In this document: piece by piece, positions 1 through 9,856 of the stretch
Layout of the letters: the number at the start of each line of letters is the position of its first letter
Numbering within the stretch: position 1 is the first letter of the stretch
Assembly (NCBI GenBank): GCA_029061465.1
Contig: JAIDRY010000176.1
Coordinates: forward strand, 1-56,047
Length of the DNA stretch: 56,047 nucleotides
Reading direction: 5' to 3'
From: Clostridia bacterium
GTDB taxonomy: Bacteria > Bacillota > Clostridia > Christensenellales > Borkfalkiaceae
The notes under the pieces: model-generated
Database searches by the model: none
The model's input: the letters and a program-made list of their open reading frames with translations, nothing else
What the model was told of the DNA's origin: nothing
Position numbers and translations under genes: made by a program

Positions 1-943
1 CTTTGCAGATGCCGTTGAATACGTCTTCGCCGATTTTTGCAAACTTCTTATCAACAAAGCCGAGGCGCGCGCCCTTCATCATAGCGTACGCAATCATAGC
101 ACTGCCTGAGGTTTCAAGATAATTCCCCTCTCTGCCGCCCTGGTCTACGACCTGCCAGAACATTTTTTTATCCTTATCGATATAGCGTTCAAGCCCTTCG
201 ATAGTGTCTTTGAAAATTTTTATAAGCTCGGCTTTGAGTTCGTCCGCACCGACAAAATAACTTATCGCATCGACAAGCCCTACCGTATACCAGCCGACCG
301 AACGCAGCCAGAAGCTTTTTGAAAGTCCCGTTACGGGGTCGCTCCAAAAGGCTTTTTGGGAATAGTCCCAGCCGTGATAGTAAAGCTTCTTTTGCTTGTC
401 GTACATGTTGTCGTACACGGCTTTAAACTGCTTTACTATATCGGCGTAGTTTTTGCCGCCGTTGAACTCGGCTTCATAGCGGGTATAGAATACCTGCGCC
501 ATATACAAACCGTCAAGCCAAACCTGCTGGGGATAAATTTTCTTGTGCCAGAAGTTTCCGAGGGGCGTTCTGGGCTGACTTTCAAGCTGTTTGTTTAAAA
601 GCTCAATTGCCCTTTTATACTTTTCTTTGCCCGTCTCGCGGTATAAATCGAAGAGCACCCTGCCCTCGTTTATATTGTCAACATTGTACGTTTCAAGCTC
701 GAAACCGCGGATACTGCCGTCCTCGGAAACGTACCAGTCTACAAAGCCGTCGATAAAGTCAAGATACTTTTTATTCCCCGTCAGCTTGTAGAAGGTGTAC
801 AGCGAAGTCATCATACAGCCGTCTATATAGTTCCAACCCGGCTCTTTGCCGTGCTTGATGTTCTCGATATTCCATATCGGGGCCTGCGGTGTGGAGTCGT
901 CGATAAGACGGTCTATGTATCTGTCAATTACGGAATAATCCAT
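1..943 (-). CDS. GH105 unsaturated rhamnogalacturonyl hydrolase (YteR/YesR-like), C-terminus cut by window edge
   Basis: Absent from the ORF track because it runs off the left edge. Reverse-strand ATG at 943..941. My hand translation reads MDYSVIDRYIDRLIDDSTPQAPIWNIENIKHGKEPGWNYIDG... and ends ...AYAMMKGARLGFVDKKFAKIGEDVFNGICK at position 2, with the frame open throughout. The pattern is typical of the GH105/GH88 fold. It lies next to GH28 in a pectin locus. Confidence 0.8.
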   Translation of the reverse strand, partial: MDYSVIDRYIDRLIDDSTPQAPIWNIENIKHGKEPGWNYIDGCMMTSLYTFYKLTGNKKYLDFIDGFVDWYVSEDGSIRGFELETYNVDNINEGRVLFDLYRETGKEKYKRAIELLNKQLESQPRTPLGNFWHKKIYPQQVWLDGLYMAQVFYTRYEAEFNGGKNYADIVKQFKAVYDNMYDKQKKLYYHGWDYSQKAFWSDPVTGLSKSFWLRSVGWYTVGLVDAISYFVGADELKAELIKIFKDTIEGLERYIDKDKKMFWQVVDQGGREGNYLETSGSAMIAYAMMKGARLGFVDKKFAKIGEDVFNGICK

Positions 944-953
944 ACTTTACCTC

Positions 954-2495
954 TTATTTTTCAATTATATTAGTGCAGTTTTTCTTTATAATCTTTTCAC
1001 CGACCACGCCCGAAAAGCTCACGTTTTTTAATACGAGGGTTTCCACATTATCGACGTATAAGCCGCCCTTGCAGTATTCTTTCACGTTTGAAAGCATTGC
1101 AGGCTCGTAAGATTTAGCGTCTTCTTTAAAGGAGAAAGAAACGTTTTCAAGCTCGACCTTCTTTATGGGAAGCTCCGTAAGTCCGTCGAAGTAGCCCGCC
1201 ATGCACTCGCAGTCGACGCACTCTATATCCTTGAACTTAAAGCTGCCCATGCGCGGCGTACCGTCGTCTACGGGAATATTCTTATCTCTCGACCAGACGT
1301 ATTCGCTGAAACCGTCCGGGTCGCAATAATAGTACGCATTTATTACTAGCGGAGTTATGACGTTTTCCATTTTGATATTTTCAAACGTAACGCCGTCTAT
1401 AACGCCGTCCTTGCCTCTGCCGCGGCGTGTCTTAATGCGCAAGCCCCTGTCGGTGTGTCTGAAAAGGCACTGACTGACGGAAAGGTTTTTAACGCCTCCG
1501 CTCATTTCGCTACCCAAAACTATTGCGCCGTGTCCGTTTTCGAACAGGTTGTTGCGGAGCGTATGATTTGACGCGGGGGTTTTATATGTCTTGCCCATAT
1601 ACAGCTTGCCTGACTTTATCGCGCAACAATCGTCGCCTACGCTGAAAGCACAGCCGATTATGTCAACCTTGTCGCAGCTTTCGGGGTCAAGCCCGTCGGT
1701 ATTGGGTGCATCGTAAGGGTTTTGCAAGCGCAGGTCGTAAAAAGCAAGATTTTGGGAAAAGAAGGGATGCAAATTCCAGCCTGCGGAGTTTTTGCAGGTA
1801 ACGCCATGGAAAACCACGTCTTTACACTTGTTTAAAAATACAAGGCGGGGACGCGCAACCTCTCTGCCCTTGGGTGTATCCCACCAGGTGGATTTATCTG
1901 CGTTGCCGTTGATAGTACCCTCGCCGACTACCTGTATGTTTTTCTGCTTATATGCGGAAATAAAAGATTGGTGACAGTCGTGAGGCTCGCCCTCCCAGCT
2001 TGCAAGTATCTCCTCCTTGCCGTCTATATAGGTGCGGGCAGGTATGTACGGATAGCACTCCTCGCGTGCCTCGCCCAAAATGCAGGCGTCCTTTTTAAGC
2101 TCTATGATAATATCGCTTTTAAGAATTATAGGACGGATAAAATAAACTCCGTCGCTGAAAACAATCCTGCCGCCTGCGGGACATTTGTCTATTGCCATTT
2201 GTACAAAGTATGTGTCGTCTGAAACGCCGTCCGCCTTTGCACCGAGCGCCTTTACGTCGATAACCGCCGCTTCACTCTTGGTTGTAAAGGTTACTTTGCA
2301 GTCGCCTAAGGAAGTTGTTACAGAGTACTCCGTATCGGGTTCGAGGTTGAATACGGAAAAGACGTTTTCATTCCTTTCGCCGCCTACGGGTTTACCGTTT
2401 AAAAATACTTTGTACGGCTGCAAATTATAATAAGGGTTTTTATTGTTAAATTCGAAGCACGCAGACACTGCGGAAACGAAAAGCATTTTAAACAT
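954..2495 (-). CDS. GH28 polygalacturonase / exo-poly-alpha-galacturonosidase
   Basis: 513-aa ORF carrying the four GH28 signature blocks: NTDGLDPESC, GDDCCAIKSG, GHGAIVLGSE and RGLRIKT. It has a parallel beta-helix-like repeat pattern and overlaps the upstream gene by 8 nt. Confidence 0.88.
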   Translation of the reverse strand: MFKMLFVSAVSACFEFNNKNPYYNLQPYKVFLNGKPVGGERNENVFSVFNLEPDTEYSVTTSLGDCKVTFTTKSEAAVIDVKALGAKADGVSDDTYFVQMAIDKCPAGGRIVFSDGVYFIRPIILKSDIIIELKKDACILGEAREECYPYIPARTYIDGKEEILASWEGEPHDCHQSFISAYKQKNIQVVGEGTINGNADKSTWWDTPKGREVARPRLVFLNKCKDVVFHGVTCKNSAGWNLHPFFSQNLAFYDLRLQNPYDAPNTDGLDPESCDKVDIIGCAFSVGDDCCAIKSGKLYMGKTYKTPASNHTLRNNLFENGHGAIVLGSEMSGGVKNLSVSQCLFRHTDRGLRIKTRRGRGKDGVIDGVTFENIKMENVITPLVINAYYYCDPDGFSEYVWSRDKNIPVDDGTPRMGSFKFKDIECVDCECMAGYFDGLTELPIKKVELENVSFSFKEDAKSYEPAMLSNVKEYCKGGLYVDNVETLVLKNVSFSGVVGEKIIKKNCTNIIEK

Positions 2496-3192
2496 CTGCA
2501 GTCTTCTCCTTTTTATTGCGCTTTACAAGGTACACTACTAAATCCTTAATTCCAATAAAAGCCATATCCGCAATAAGGCAGAACGTGCCAAACAGAAGCG
2601 GCTCGACGCCCGTTATGCCGTTACTGCCGTTAATGGAATTAATCAAAATATTTAAACCCAGATACATTCCGTTTACGCACGCCGCAATAACGATGTAATA
2701 TAAAACGTTTGTAAAAAACGTCCAGTACGCTTTAAACGGAAAGGGGAACATCATGTAAGGGTCGTACTCGCGATTGTCGCGCTCCATATATCTGAAAAGC
2801 GGATTGACTAAAAGCTCGGTTACAACCCCCAAGATGATGCCTGTAAAAACTATCAAATCGAGCGGGTCGCCTATAAAATTCTGTAAGCCGAACATTACAA
2901 AATAGCACACCGCACCGGCAAACCACCACTTGACGAAAATTGCTTTAATCCATGTGGGAATTCGCCCCAAAAAGTCAACCTTGTACGGGTCGAACTCTTT
3001 TTTTCTGCCGCCGCGGGTGTAAGCATTCTTGTCGTCCACACCCGTACAATCGGAAATGTACATAGATAAATCGTTGTCATCGGGAGGGGCTTCGCCCTTT
3101 AAAGCGGCAACCAGCTCGTCCATTTTATCGACTTTTAAATCGTAAAAGTTTTCGATAGTCGTTTCTTTAAAATTTTTCTTCTTTTTAGCCAT
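2488..3192 (-). CDS. uncharacterised multi-pass membrane protein
   Basis: 234-aa ORF with a Lys-rich cytoplasmic N-terminus followed by several long hydrophobic segments (WWFAGAVCYFVMFGL, IVFTGIILGVV, YYIVIAACVNGMYLGL, LLFGTFCLIADMAFIGI). No motif recognised. Co-oriented with the ABC/GH28 operon. Confidence 0.6.
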   Translation of the reverse strand: MAKKKKNFKETTIENFYDLKVDKMDELVAALKGEAPPDDNDLSMYISDCTGVDDKNAYTRGGRKKEFDPYKVDFLGRIPTWIKAIFVKWWFAGAVCYFVMFGLQNFIGDPLDLIVFTGIILGVVTELLVNPLFRYMERDNREYDPYMMFPFPFKAYWTFFTNVLYYIVIAACVNGMYLGLNILINSINGSNGITGVEPLLFGTFCLIADMAFIGIKDLVVYLVKRNKKEKTADV

Positions 3193-3262
3193 AGGGACCT
3201 TTTAGGAAAATAACCGACAAAATAACTTTTGCCGGTTATTAGCTGTAAACTCAAATTGAAAA

Positions 3263-3952
3263 TCAGTCTTCCTCGATATCGATTTCGCCGTGCATATTCT
3301 CGGTCGCCGATTCAAGCTCAACCTTGGTATTGATTTTGTTGATGAGTTTAGCGTATACGGGAAGCAATGCGAATACGATTGCGCTTACGCCCAAAAGCAC
3401 GATGTGAACAAGCACATAGGGCTGAACGCTTTCAATTGACTGATACATCGACGTGCCTGCCGTGATATTTGCAAGACAGGTGTTCATCTGAACGTAGTAA
3501 ACAACGTCGCAAGCTATCATTGCCGCAATCATAACGAATACCAATACGATAAAGAAAATATTGGGTTTTTTGCGCTTGGGGAAAGCGTTTAAAAAGCTTA
3601 CCAAAACCAAGAGCGACAAAAGCGTAGTTACGAATACGCAGATACCCGTTGCTTTAACGTGGACGTTTGCCGCCGAGCTGTTAATTGCCTGAGATACGTT
3701 AAACAGCACAAGCAAATAGTAAATGGTAACGATTGCAAGGAATACAAGCGGAATGTTATGCGGAGCGCGCTTCAAAGCAACAACCTTTTTACGCAGCCAT
3801 TCCTTAGCCTTTGCTTTAAAGCCCGACTTCTTAGGTTCCTGATTTACGGGAGTAGAAACCGGTTCTTCTACTTGTGCGGGTGCGGCTTCTTCAACTACAG
3901 GTGCAGGGGCGGGAGTTTCTTCGGTTTCCAATACTTTTTCATTTTCTGCCAT
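3263..3952 (-). CDS. uncharacterised membrane protein with Pro/Glu/Ala-rich N-terminal tail
   Basis: 229-aa ORF. It has a low-complexity N-terminus (ETEETPAPAPVVEEAAPAQVEEP) followed by 5-6 hydrophobic helices. Family not recognised. Confidence 0.6.
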   Translation of the reverse strand: MAENEKVLETEETPAPAPVVEEAAPAQVEEPVSTPVNQEPKKSGFKAKAKEWLRKKVVALKRAPHNIPLVFLAIVTIYYLLVLFNVSQAINSSAANVHVKATGICVFVTTLLSLLVLVSFLNAFPKRKKPNIFFIVLVFVMIAAMIACDVVYYVQMNTCLANITAGTSMYQSIESVQPYVLVHIVLLGVSAIVFALLPVYAKLINKINTKVELESATENMHGEIDIEED

Positions 3953-3965
3953 AGTTTTTCCCTCC

Positions 3966-5051
3966 TTACCTTATAGCCTTGCCCGGCGTATCGCCTTGGG
4001 GCAGTTCGAAGAAGTGCGTCATCTCGGGGTCGAAGCCGATATTGATTACGTCGCCCTCCTTATAATTGCACCACTCGGCAAACTTGCCGACCACGATTTT
4101 GTTTCCTATTTTGCCGTGAACAAGCGTGTTCATTCCAAGGTTTTCGTTGTTAGTTACGTTAAGCTTAACAGGGCCGTCGCGCAAAATATTTTCGGGACGG
4201 ACGCCGAGTATAACCGACTTATCCTCGTAATCCTTTAAAATTTCCTTCTGTTTAGCATTTAAGGGATAATTGAAAAGCTCGCACACGAAGTGGCCCTTTT
4301 CGATTTTACCCTCAAACATATTCATAGGAGGAAGTCCTATAAAGGTTGCAACGAAGGTATTTGCGGGTTTTTCGTACAGGTCGATGGGATTACCTATCTG
4401 CTGTACGTGCCCCATTGACATACATACGATTCTGTCAGCCAAAGTCAACGCTTCGGTCTGGTCGTGAGTTACGTACATCATCGTTGCGCCGAGCTTTTTA
4501 TGTAAAAGCATTATCTCTCTTCTCATCGAGCCGCGAAGCTTTGCATCGAGGTTGGAAAGAGGTTCGTCAAAGAGGAAAACTTTGGGGTTACGGACGATTG
4601 CACGACCCATTGCAACACGCTGGCGCTGACCGCCGGAGAGCTGTTTGGGCTTTTTGTTGAGCTGGGTTTTGAGGTCCAAAATCTCAGCCGCCGCCATAAC
4701 CTTTCTATGGATTACTTCTTTGTTTTCTTTACGGAGCGTAAGCGAAAACGCCATGTTCTCGTAAATAGTCATATGTCCGTACAGAGCGTAGTTCTGGAAA
4801 ACCATTGCTATATCTCTGTCTTTGGGCGGAAGTCTTGTACAGTCTTTACCGTCGATAATGAGCTGACCTGCGGAAATATCTTCAAGTCCCGCAACCATTC
4901 TTAGCGTTGTTGACTTTCCGCAACCGGAAGGTCCGACCAAAACTATGAACTCACCGTCGGCTACTTCGAGGTTAAAATCGTAAACCGCCTGAACACCGCC
5001 GTCATAGATTTTGTCGATATGCTGTAAACTCACGTTAGGCATTCTGTGCAC
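3966..5051 (-). CDS. ABC transporter ATP-binding protein, MalK/MsmK/UgpC type
   Basis: Walker A GPSGCGKST, ABC signature LSGGQRQRVA and Walker B FLFDEPLSNLD. It has a C-terminal MalK-like regulatory/TOBE region. Confidence 0.92.
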   Translation of the reverse strand: MHRMPNVSLQHIDKIYDGGVQAVYDFNLEVADGEFIVLVGPSGCGKSTTLRMVAGLEDISAGQLIIDGKDCTRLPPKDRDIAMVFQNYALYGHMTIYENMAFSLTLRKENKEVIHRKVMAAAEILDLKTQLNKKPKQLSGGQRQRVAMGRAIVRNPKVFLFDEPLSNLDAKLRGSMRREIMLLHKKLGATMMYVTHDQTEALTLADRIVCMSMGHVQQIGNPIDLYEKPANTFVATFIGLPPMNMFEGKIEKGHFVCELFNYPLNAKQKEILKDYEDKSVILGVRPENILRDGPVKLNVTNNENLGMNTLVHGKIGNKIVVGKFAEWCNYKEGDVINIGFDPEMTHFFELPQGDTPGKAIR

Positions 5052-5562
5052 CTCCCGCTAAATTGTCTTCTTTTTTAAGCTCTGCTTCAAGGTCAACTTC
5101 GCCGTTTTCAAGCTTTTTGTTGAATGCTTTAACGCTGTTGCTGCGAATAAAACCGATAACGCCGGAAGCTATTATAAGTGCGCCCGAAGCCGCAAGGAAT
5201 ATAGTCATAGCAAGGAAAGTACCCCAGTTAATCGCCTCTGCGGTAAGTCCGCCGAGGGGCAACCAGAATATTCTTGCCACCTGCAAAGCACCTACTATCA
5301 CTTGCATGGGAAAGAGCTTGGAATTATAGTTCTTTACCTGCTCGGAGAAAAGGAACACGAACAACAGGAAGAACAAATTATAAACTACGTCGAAAGCAAT
5401 CGACCAGTTATAATAATAATTACCGTTTTTAACCTGCGCATATAAAACAAGGAAATACAGGCAGCCGCACACAAGCCCCAAAAGAGCAAGGGTTGCGCCA
5501 AGCTTATTCTTTTTATAGCGCTGAATATCGTTTTGTATTACGGGGTTTTTAGCCTGCTTCAT
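5035..5562 (-). CDS. uncharacterised small membrane protein
   Basis: 175-aa ORF with four clear hydrophobic helices. It overlaps the flanking genes by 17 nt and 4 nt, which suggests translational coupling. Confidence 0.55.
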   Translation of the reverse strand: MKQAKNPVIQNDIQRYKKNKLGATLALLGLVCGCLYFLVLYAQVKNGNYYYNWSIAFDVVYNLFFLLFVFLFSEQVKNYNSKLFPMQVIVGALQVARIFWLPLGGLTAEAINWGTFLAMTIFLAASGALIIASGVIGFIRSNSVKAFNKKLENGEVDLEAELKKEDNLAGGAQNA

Positions 5563-6182
5563 ACCGCTTCACCTCCCGCGACCTGATTGCCTGCGGCAAG
5601 AAGTTTTTTCTCGCCACGCATCAGCATTATTTTCCAAATTAAATTTAATATAAGTGCGACAGCCGCAAGGAATACGAGTAAATATACAACAAATCCCAAG
5701 TCGAACATTAACGTGCTGTCACTGTAATGCTTTACTACATTACCGGGACGACCGTCCCAATACTCTTTCCAAGCAACGAAATCTACGTTGAGAAAGTTTG
5801 CTCTCCAAAGTGCGTTCATAATGAAAGCGGTAAGAGATAAAGCGATATCGCCGCCTGCGCACACGCCAATTGCAACATAGTTTGAGATATAATAATTTCT
5901 TCTTTTATTGCAGGCGGTTATGTATAAAAGCACGGCAAGCAAAATCATAACTATACCGAAATACATAAGCATTGTGTTGAAGCCCTGTATGTCGTTGTAC
6001 AGCGTAGCGTCGTATTTGCCACTCGACGCCTTAAAACGAGACTTACCTGAGGTATTATTTAAAGTAAGCCCCAACTCTGACATTGCGCCCGACAGGTAGA
6101 AAAACGCAAAGAGCGTTGCTACCGCGCCGAGTATCAAAAGCGCAAGGCACAGATATTTTTGAAATCTCATTTGAGTCTTCAT
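5559..6182 (-). CDS. uncharacterised membrane protein
   Basis: 207-aa ORF with 4-5 hydrophobic helices. It overlaps the downstream gene by 4 nt. Confidence 0.55.
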   Translation of the reverse strand: MKTQMRFQKYLCLALLILGAVATLFAFFYLSGAMSELGLTLNNTSGKSRFKASSGKYDATLYNDIQGFNTMLMYFGIVMILLAVLLYITACNKRRNYYISNYVAIGVCAGGDIALSLTAFIMNALWRANFLNVDFVAWKEYWDGRPGNVVKHYSDSTLMFDLGFVVYLLVFLAAVALILNLIWKIMLMRGEKKLLAAGNQVAGGEAV

Positions 6183-6195
6183 TGATTATCCCCCG

Positions 6196-6233
6196 AAAAA
6201 TTATCATGCGCCCCGCCCCGAGACGGGGCGCAT
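6196..6233 (-). terminator. intrinsic terminator/attenuator after the binding-protein gene
   Basis: Perfect 10-bp GC-rich stem: ATGCGCCCCG (6206..6215) pairs with CGGGGCGCAT (6224..6233). On the minus strand a TTTTT run follows (complement of 6196..6200). It lies 12 nt downstream of the stop at 6245. Confidence 0.55.
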
Positions 6234-6244
6234 GAACGAGTTAA

Positions 6245-8866
6245 TTAGTCGTTGTTTATAGTTGACTTAATATAGTTCCAGTAATCTTTTGCCAAATCCC
6301 AAGCATTGCCGTAAGCATATTCTCTGCTTTCGGTAAGTTCCTTAACCGTAGGAGCATCTTTATCTTTATCTATTTGCTTCGTAAGAAGGTCTGCAGTGGA
6401 AGTATACGCAACTTCAACCTTGTTACAGCTGTAAGTTGAATCTGTTCCGTAAAGGATTATCCAAGCCATAATGCTGTATGAGTTCTTAGTATCGCCGTAG
6501 AGATGCTTATAGTTAGTCATAAACGACGTCTTGAGATAGTCGGTGTTGTCCTCGTCGGAAATAGGCAAGCCCGAAGGAACGCAGGTGTACCACCAGTTGT
6601 TCTCGTCGATGTCGAGGGACATACCCTTTATGGTGCCGAGTGCAAGACCCGTTGAAACTTTGGTTGCGCCCGCTTCACCCATCTTAGAGGTGAGCTGGTT
6701 TTCAAACGACTGGTCCTTAACGCCTACGGGAAGGGTGGAACCCACGAGATAACGCGCATAGTTCGTGAAGCTCAATGCAGCCTTGGTTACGTTGCTGTTG
6801 TCGGAAACTTTCCAATTGTTTACACTCTTACCGCGGAACGAATCGTAAACGTCGGTAGTAATCTTGGGAGTAATCTTACCCTTATAGTCATAACCGGAAT
6901 ATTTAACACCCTTGTAGATGAAGTAGTTGCCTGCGTTGATTTCTTCCTGAGTAGCTTCCTTACCGTACCAGAAGCCGCCCTTACCTTCCGCGTCGCCCTT
7001 AGGACCGAACGTGGAAACTATCTGACCGTCGCTTGAATAGAGATAGTCGATGAACTGAAGAGTTGCCTTGAGTTTATCAGGATTACTTGCAATTGCGCCG
7101 TTTGCCGCAAGACCGCCGGTCTTGGTCGAACGCCAGCTCTCGCTGAATCTCATAACGTCGGTATGGTTGCCGTCGCCGTCAACGTCCCACTTTGCAACGG
7201 GAGTAACGATTGCGCCGAATCTGTAAGTACCCTCTTTGTCGAGAGCGTCGGGGGCACCGCTGATAGTCTTATCTTCCATATAGAAGCCGTACTGCGTCTG
7301 GGTCTGTGAATAATCCCATTCCATAAAGCACTCTACTTCTTTACCAGATTTGGAGCCCGTGGTTATGATACCGCCGGTAGCCGTGAAGTCATATCCGGAG
7401 TTAAAGTTAGCGATAAGTCCCTCTTTAAAGAGCGCGTTCATATTTTCCGCAACGGTATAGAATTCCGCATCGTTTCTTGCGTCGTGCAAGTTACCTTCGC
7501 TGTCGATATAATCATATTCGAGAGTGGAAGCCGTACCGCGTACGCCGTAGAGCTGTCCGCCAAGACGAATAAGGTCGGGAGTTCTGTTGTTGTTACCTTC
7601 ACGGGGGGTAATGCCGCCTACTTCGGCAGAACCAAGCGCACTTGCGTTAGTCATAACGCAACGGAGCATTGCAACGAGGTCGTCAACGTCCCAGCAAGCA
7701 TCGTAGCCGTTGAAGAGGTTAGAACGCTTATCTGCCGCATAATACTGCTTGCCGTCCTCTGTCTGATAGCAAGCGTCAACATATGCACGGAAGAGGTCTA
7801 CAAGCTTATCGCCGGTAGCCTTAGGATTAGCCGTAAGGGCCGCATTCTGAATAGCGACTATGTTGCCGCTGGTACCGGTATAAGCCGCGCCCGCGATTGC
7901 CTCGTATGCAGCTTTAAGGGGCGTGCCGTCTTTCTTGATTTCGGCTACTACATTGTCGTAGTTTTTAACGATTTTAATAACTGCCGTGCCGTCTGCATTA
8001 GCGCTGTCAACGGCAAGCTTGCCCGTTCCCTGCATATAGGGCTGAACGGAAATGCCGTTATACGTAAGAGTTTTATCATTGCCGTTATACTGTCTGCAAC
8101 CAACGTCGAAAGCTACACTTCCCGTAGTTGCCGTATCACCGTTGAGAAGCTTATCAGCCCAGTCCTGACGGATAAGGCAATATCTCTCGATATCGTTGTA
8201 GCCGTCGAAGTAAGGCGCAACGTATATAGTCTGACCCTTACCTGCGTCTGCACCGGTAGTTTCCATACCCTCCTGCAAGAGAGAAAGATATACGACGGGG
8301 TTAGCTTCGAGGAACGCCTTGAAGTGAGGCATGTAGTCAAGGTAGTCTGCAAGGTTCAAAAAGCTGGTTGTCTTTGCTTCTACTATCTTGGACAAATCGC
8401 TCGTAAACAAGTCTGTGTTTTCATACTTGGTATGACCGGTTGAATCAACTTTGGTCAATGCGCCGAGGTTATCTGCCGCCTTAGTACCGTCCCAAACGTC
8501 GTTGAACGTAATGTTGAGGTCCTCGCCCATCTGTGCCCATGCGGGTTTAAGATTTCCGTCGTTATACTTCTTGCCGTCGGGAAGGGTAATTTCGTCCTGC
8601 AACGTCTGGAACGCCGTTGAGTTGACCTTGCCTTCGTGTCCCACTGCAAGATTCAACGTAACCTTATCTCTGTCTCCATAAACGCCGTAGTTTATGTTGC
8701 CGGTATCCTTGTCTATTATGCCGTACAAATCCTTACCGCTGCCTTTTTCAGGCTCGGGTCCGGGTTTAACCGGCGTCGTAGGATTACAAGCAGCCAATGA
8801 AAATACCATCGTGCCGGCCATAACGGTTGAAACAACCGCAACGGCTAATTTTTTGTTTTTGTTCAT
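6245..8866 (-). CDS. extracellular solute-binding lipoprotein of the ABC importer (unusually large, 873 aa)
   Basis: Signal peptide with lipobox (VFSLAAC). It is adjacent to two CUT1/LplBC-type permeases, with LplA-like family-1 SBP character throughout. Confidence 0.8.
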   Translation of the reverse strand: MNKNKKLAVAVVSTVMAGTMVFSLAACNPTTPVKPGPEPEKGSGKDLYGIIDKDTGNINYGVYGDRDKVTLNLAVGHEGKVNSTAFQTLQDEITLPDGKKYNDGNLKPAWAQMGEDLNITFNDVWDGTKAADNLGALTKVDSTGHTKYENTDLFTSDLSKIVEAKTTSFLNLADYLDYMPHFKAFLEANPVVYLSLLQEGMETTGADAGKGQTIYVAPYFDGYNDIERYCLIRQDWADKLLNGDTATTGSVAFDVGCRQYNGNDKTLTYNGISVQPYMQGTGKLAVDSANADGTAVIKIVKNYDNVVAEIKKDGTPLKAAYEAIAGAAYTGTSGNIVAIQNAALTANPKATGDKLVDLFRAYVDACYQTEDGKQYYAADKRSNLFNGYDACWDVDDLVAMLRCVMTNASALGSAEVGGITPREGNNNRTPDLIRLGGQLYGVRGTASTLEYDYIDSEGNLHDARNDAEFYTVAENMNALFKEGLIANFNSGYDFTATGGIITTGSKSGKEVECFMEWDYSQTQTQYGFYMEDKTISGAPDALDKEGTYRFGAIVTPVAKWDVDGDGNHTDVMRFSESWRSTKTGGLAANGAIASNPDKLKATLQFIDYLYSSDGQIVSTFGPKGDAEGKGGFWYGKEATQEEINAGNYFIYKGVKYSGYDYKGKITPKITTDVYDSFRGKSVNNWKVSDNSNVTKAALSFTNYARYLVGSTLPVGVKDQSFENQLTSKMGEAGATKVSTGLALGTIKGMSLDIDENNWWYTCVPSGLPISDEDNTDYLKTSFMTNYKHLYGDTKNSYSIMAWIILYGTDSTYSCNKVEVAYTSTADLLTKQIDKDKDAPTVKELTESREYAYGNAWDLAKDYWNYIKSTINND

Positions 8867-8923
8867 ATTTTTCTCCTTATTTTTTTATTCTTTAAAGGGC
8901 TTTGACCCGTAGAATTGAATTGA

Positions 8924-9841
8924 TTATTCCTTTACGCCGCCCATATTTACACCCTTGGCGAAATACTTCTGGATGAAAGGATAAATTGCAAGAATGGGTA
9001 TAACCGCGCAAATAACCATTGCGTATACTACCGATACGGCCGAGTAGCTGTAGCTTGCTTTCCAAGCCTGCATCTTGTCTGCGTCGCCGCCGCTGGTGAT
9101 TGCGGTATTCTCATCAAGGAAATCCCTTATGTAAACCTGAATGGGCCAGCTGTACGGCTGTTCGTCCATAACCTTTGCCGCCCAGAAGTAACCGTTCCAA
9201 CGGGAAATTCCGAAGAACAGCGCAACGGTAGCGATAGTCGCCTTGCTCATGGGAAGGAATACTTTGGTAAGAATCTGCATCTCGGTTGCGCCGTCAATTC
9301 TTGCCGCCTCCTCAATCTCAGAGGGAACACCCTCGAACGAGTTACGGAGAAGAATTATGTTGGTCGCGTTCATACCCATCGCAAGTACGACCGTCCATTT
9401 AAGGTCGGAAATACCGATGGTCTGGAATATGTTAGCCGTATGCATGTAGTTGGTCCACTGGGGAATAATACCTGCCGAGAACCACATTGTGAATACGAGG
9501 AAGAAGTTCCAGCCGTGTCTGCCGAGTAATCTTTTCTTTGAAAGCGCATACGCGCCGAGGATTGAATAGCCGAGCGCCCAAATCGTACCGAAGAAGGTAA
9601 CGAACAAGGTGTTGGAATAGTTAATCCAGAACATATTGTCGGTAAGCACGTGCATAAACGCATTACCCTGAATACCTACGGGCCATAAAATAACCTGGCT
9701 CTTATCAATAGCTTCGGTCGAGCTGAATGCAGACGAGAGCGCGTAGATAAGCGGGTAAACGCACAAAAGCGCGAAAACTATTAAAACGAAGTAAGCTACG
9801 ATTTTGAATATAAGCTCTGAAGTTTCTGTCTTTCTTTTCAT
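8924..9841 (-). CDS. carbohydrate ABC transporter permease (LplC/YtcP-like)
   Basis: 305 aa with 6 TM helices and an EAA loop (EEAARIDGATEMQILTKVFLP). Confidence 0.9.
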   Translation of the reverse strand: MKRKTETSELIFKIVAYFVLIVFALLCVYPLIYALSSAFSSTEAIDKSQVILWPVGIQGNAFMHVLTDNMFWINYSNTLFVTFFGTIWALGYSILGAYALSKKRLLGRHGWNFFLVFTMWFSAGIIPQWTNYMHTANIFQTIGISDLKWTVVLAMGMNATNIILLRNSFEGVPSEIEEAARIDGATEMQILTKVFLPMSKATIATVALFFGISRWNGYFWAAKVMDEQPYSWPIQVYIRDFLDENTAITSGGDADKMQAWKASYSYSAVSVVYAMVICAVIPILAIYPFIQKYFAKGVNMGGVKE

Positions 9842-9856
9842 TACTCACTTACCCCC

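Noticed and set aside
7484-8443. 319-aa plus-strand ORF inside the binding-protein gene
   Set aside because: It lies entirely antisense to a well-supported 873-aa lipoprotein gene. Its translation is low-complexity and Val/Cys/Arg-rich, with no motif or RBS. It looks like a shadow ORF of a GC-rich gene.
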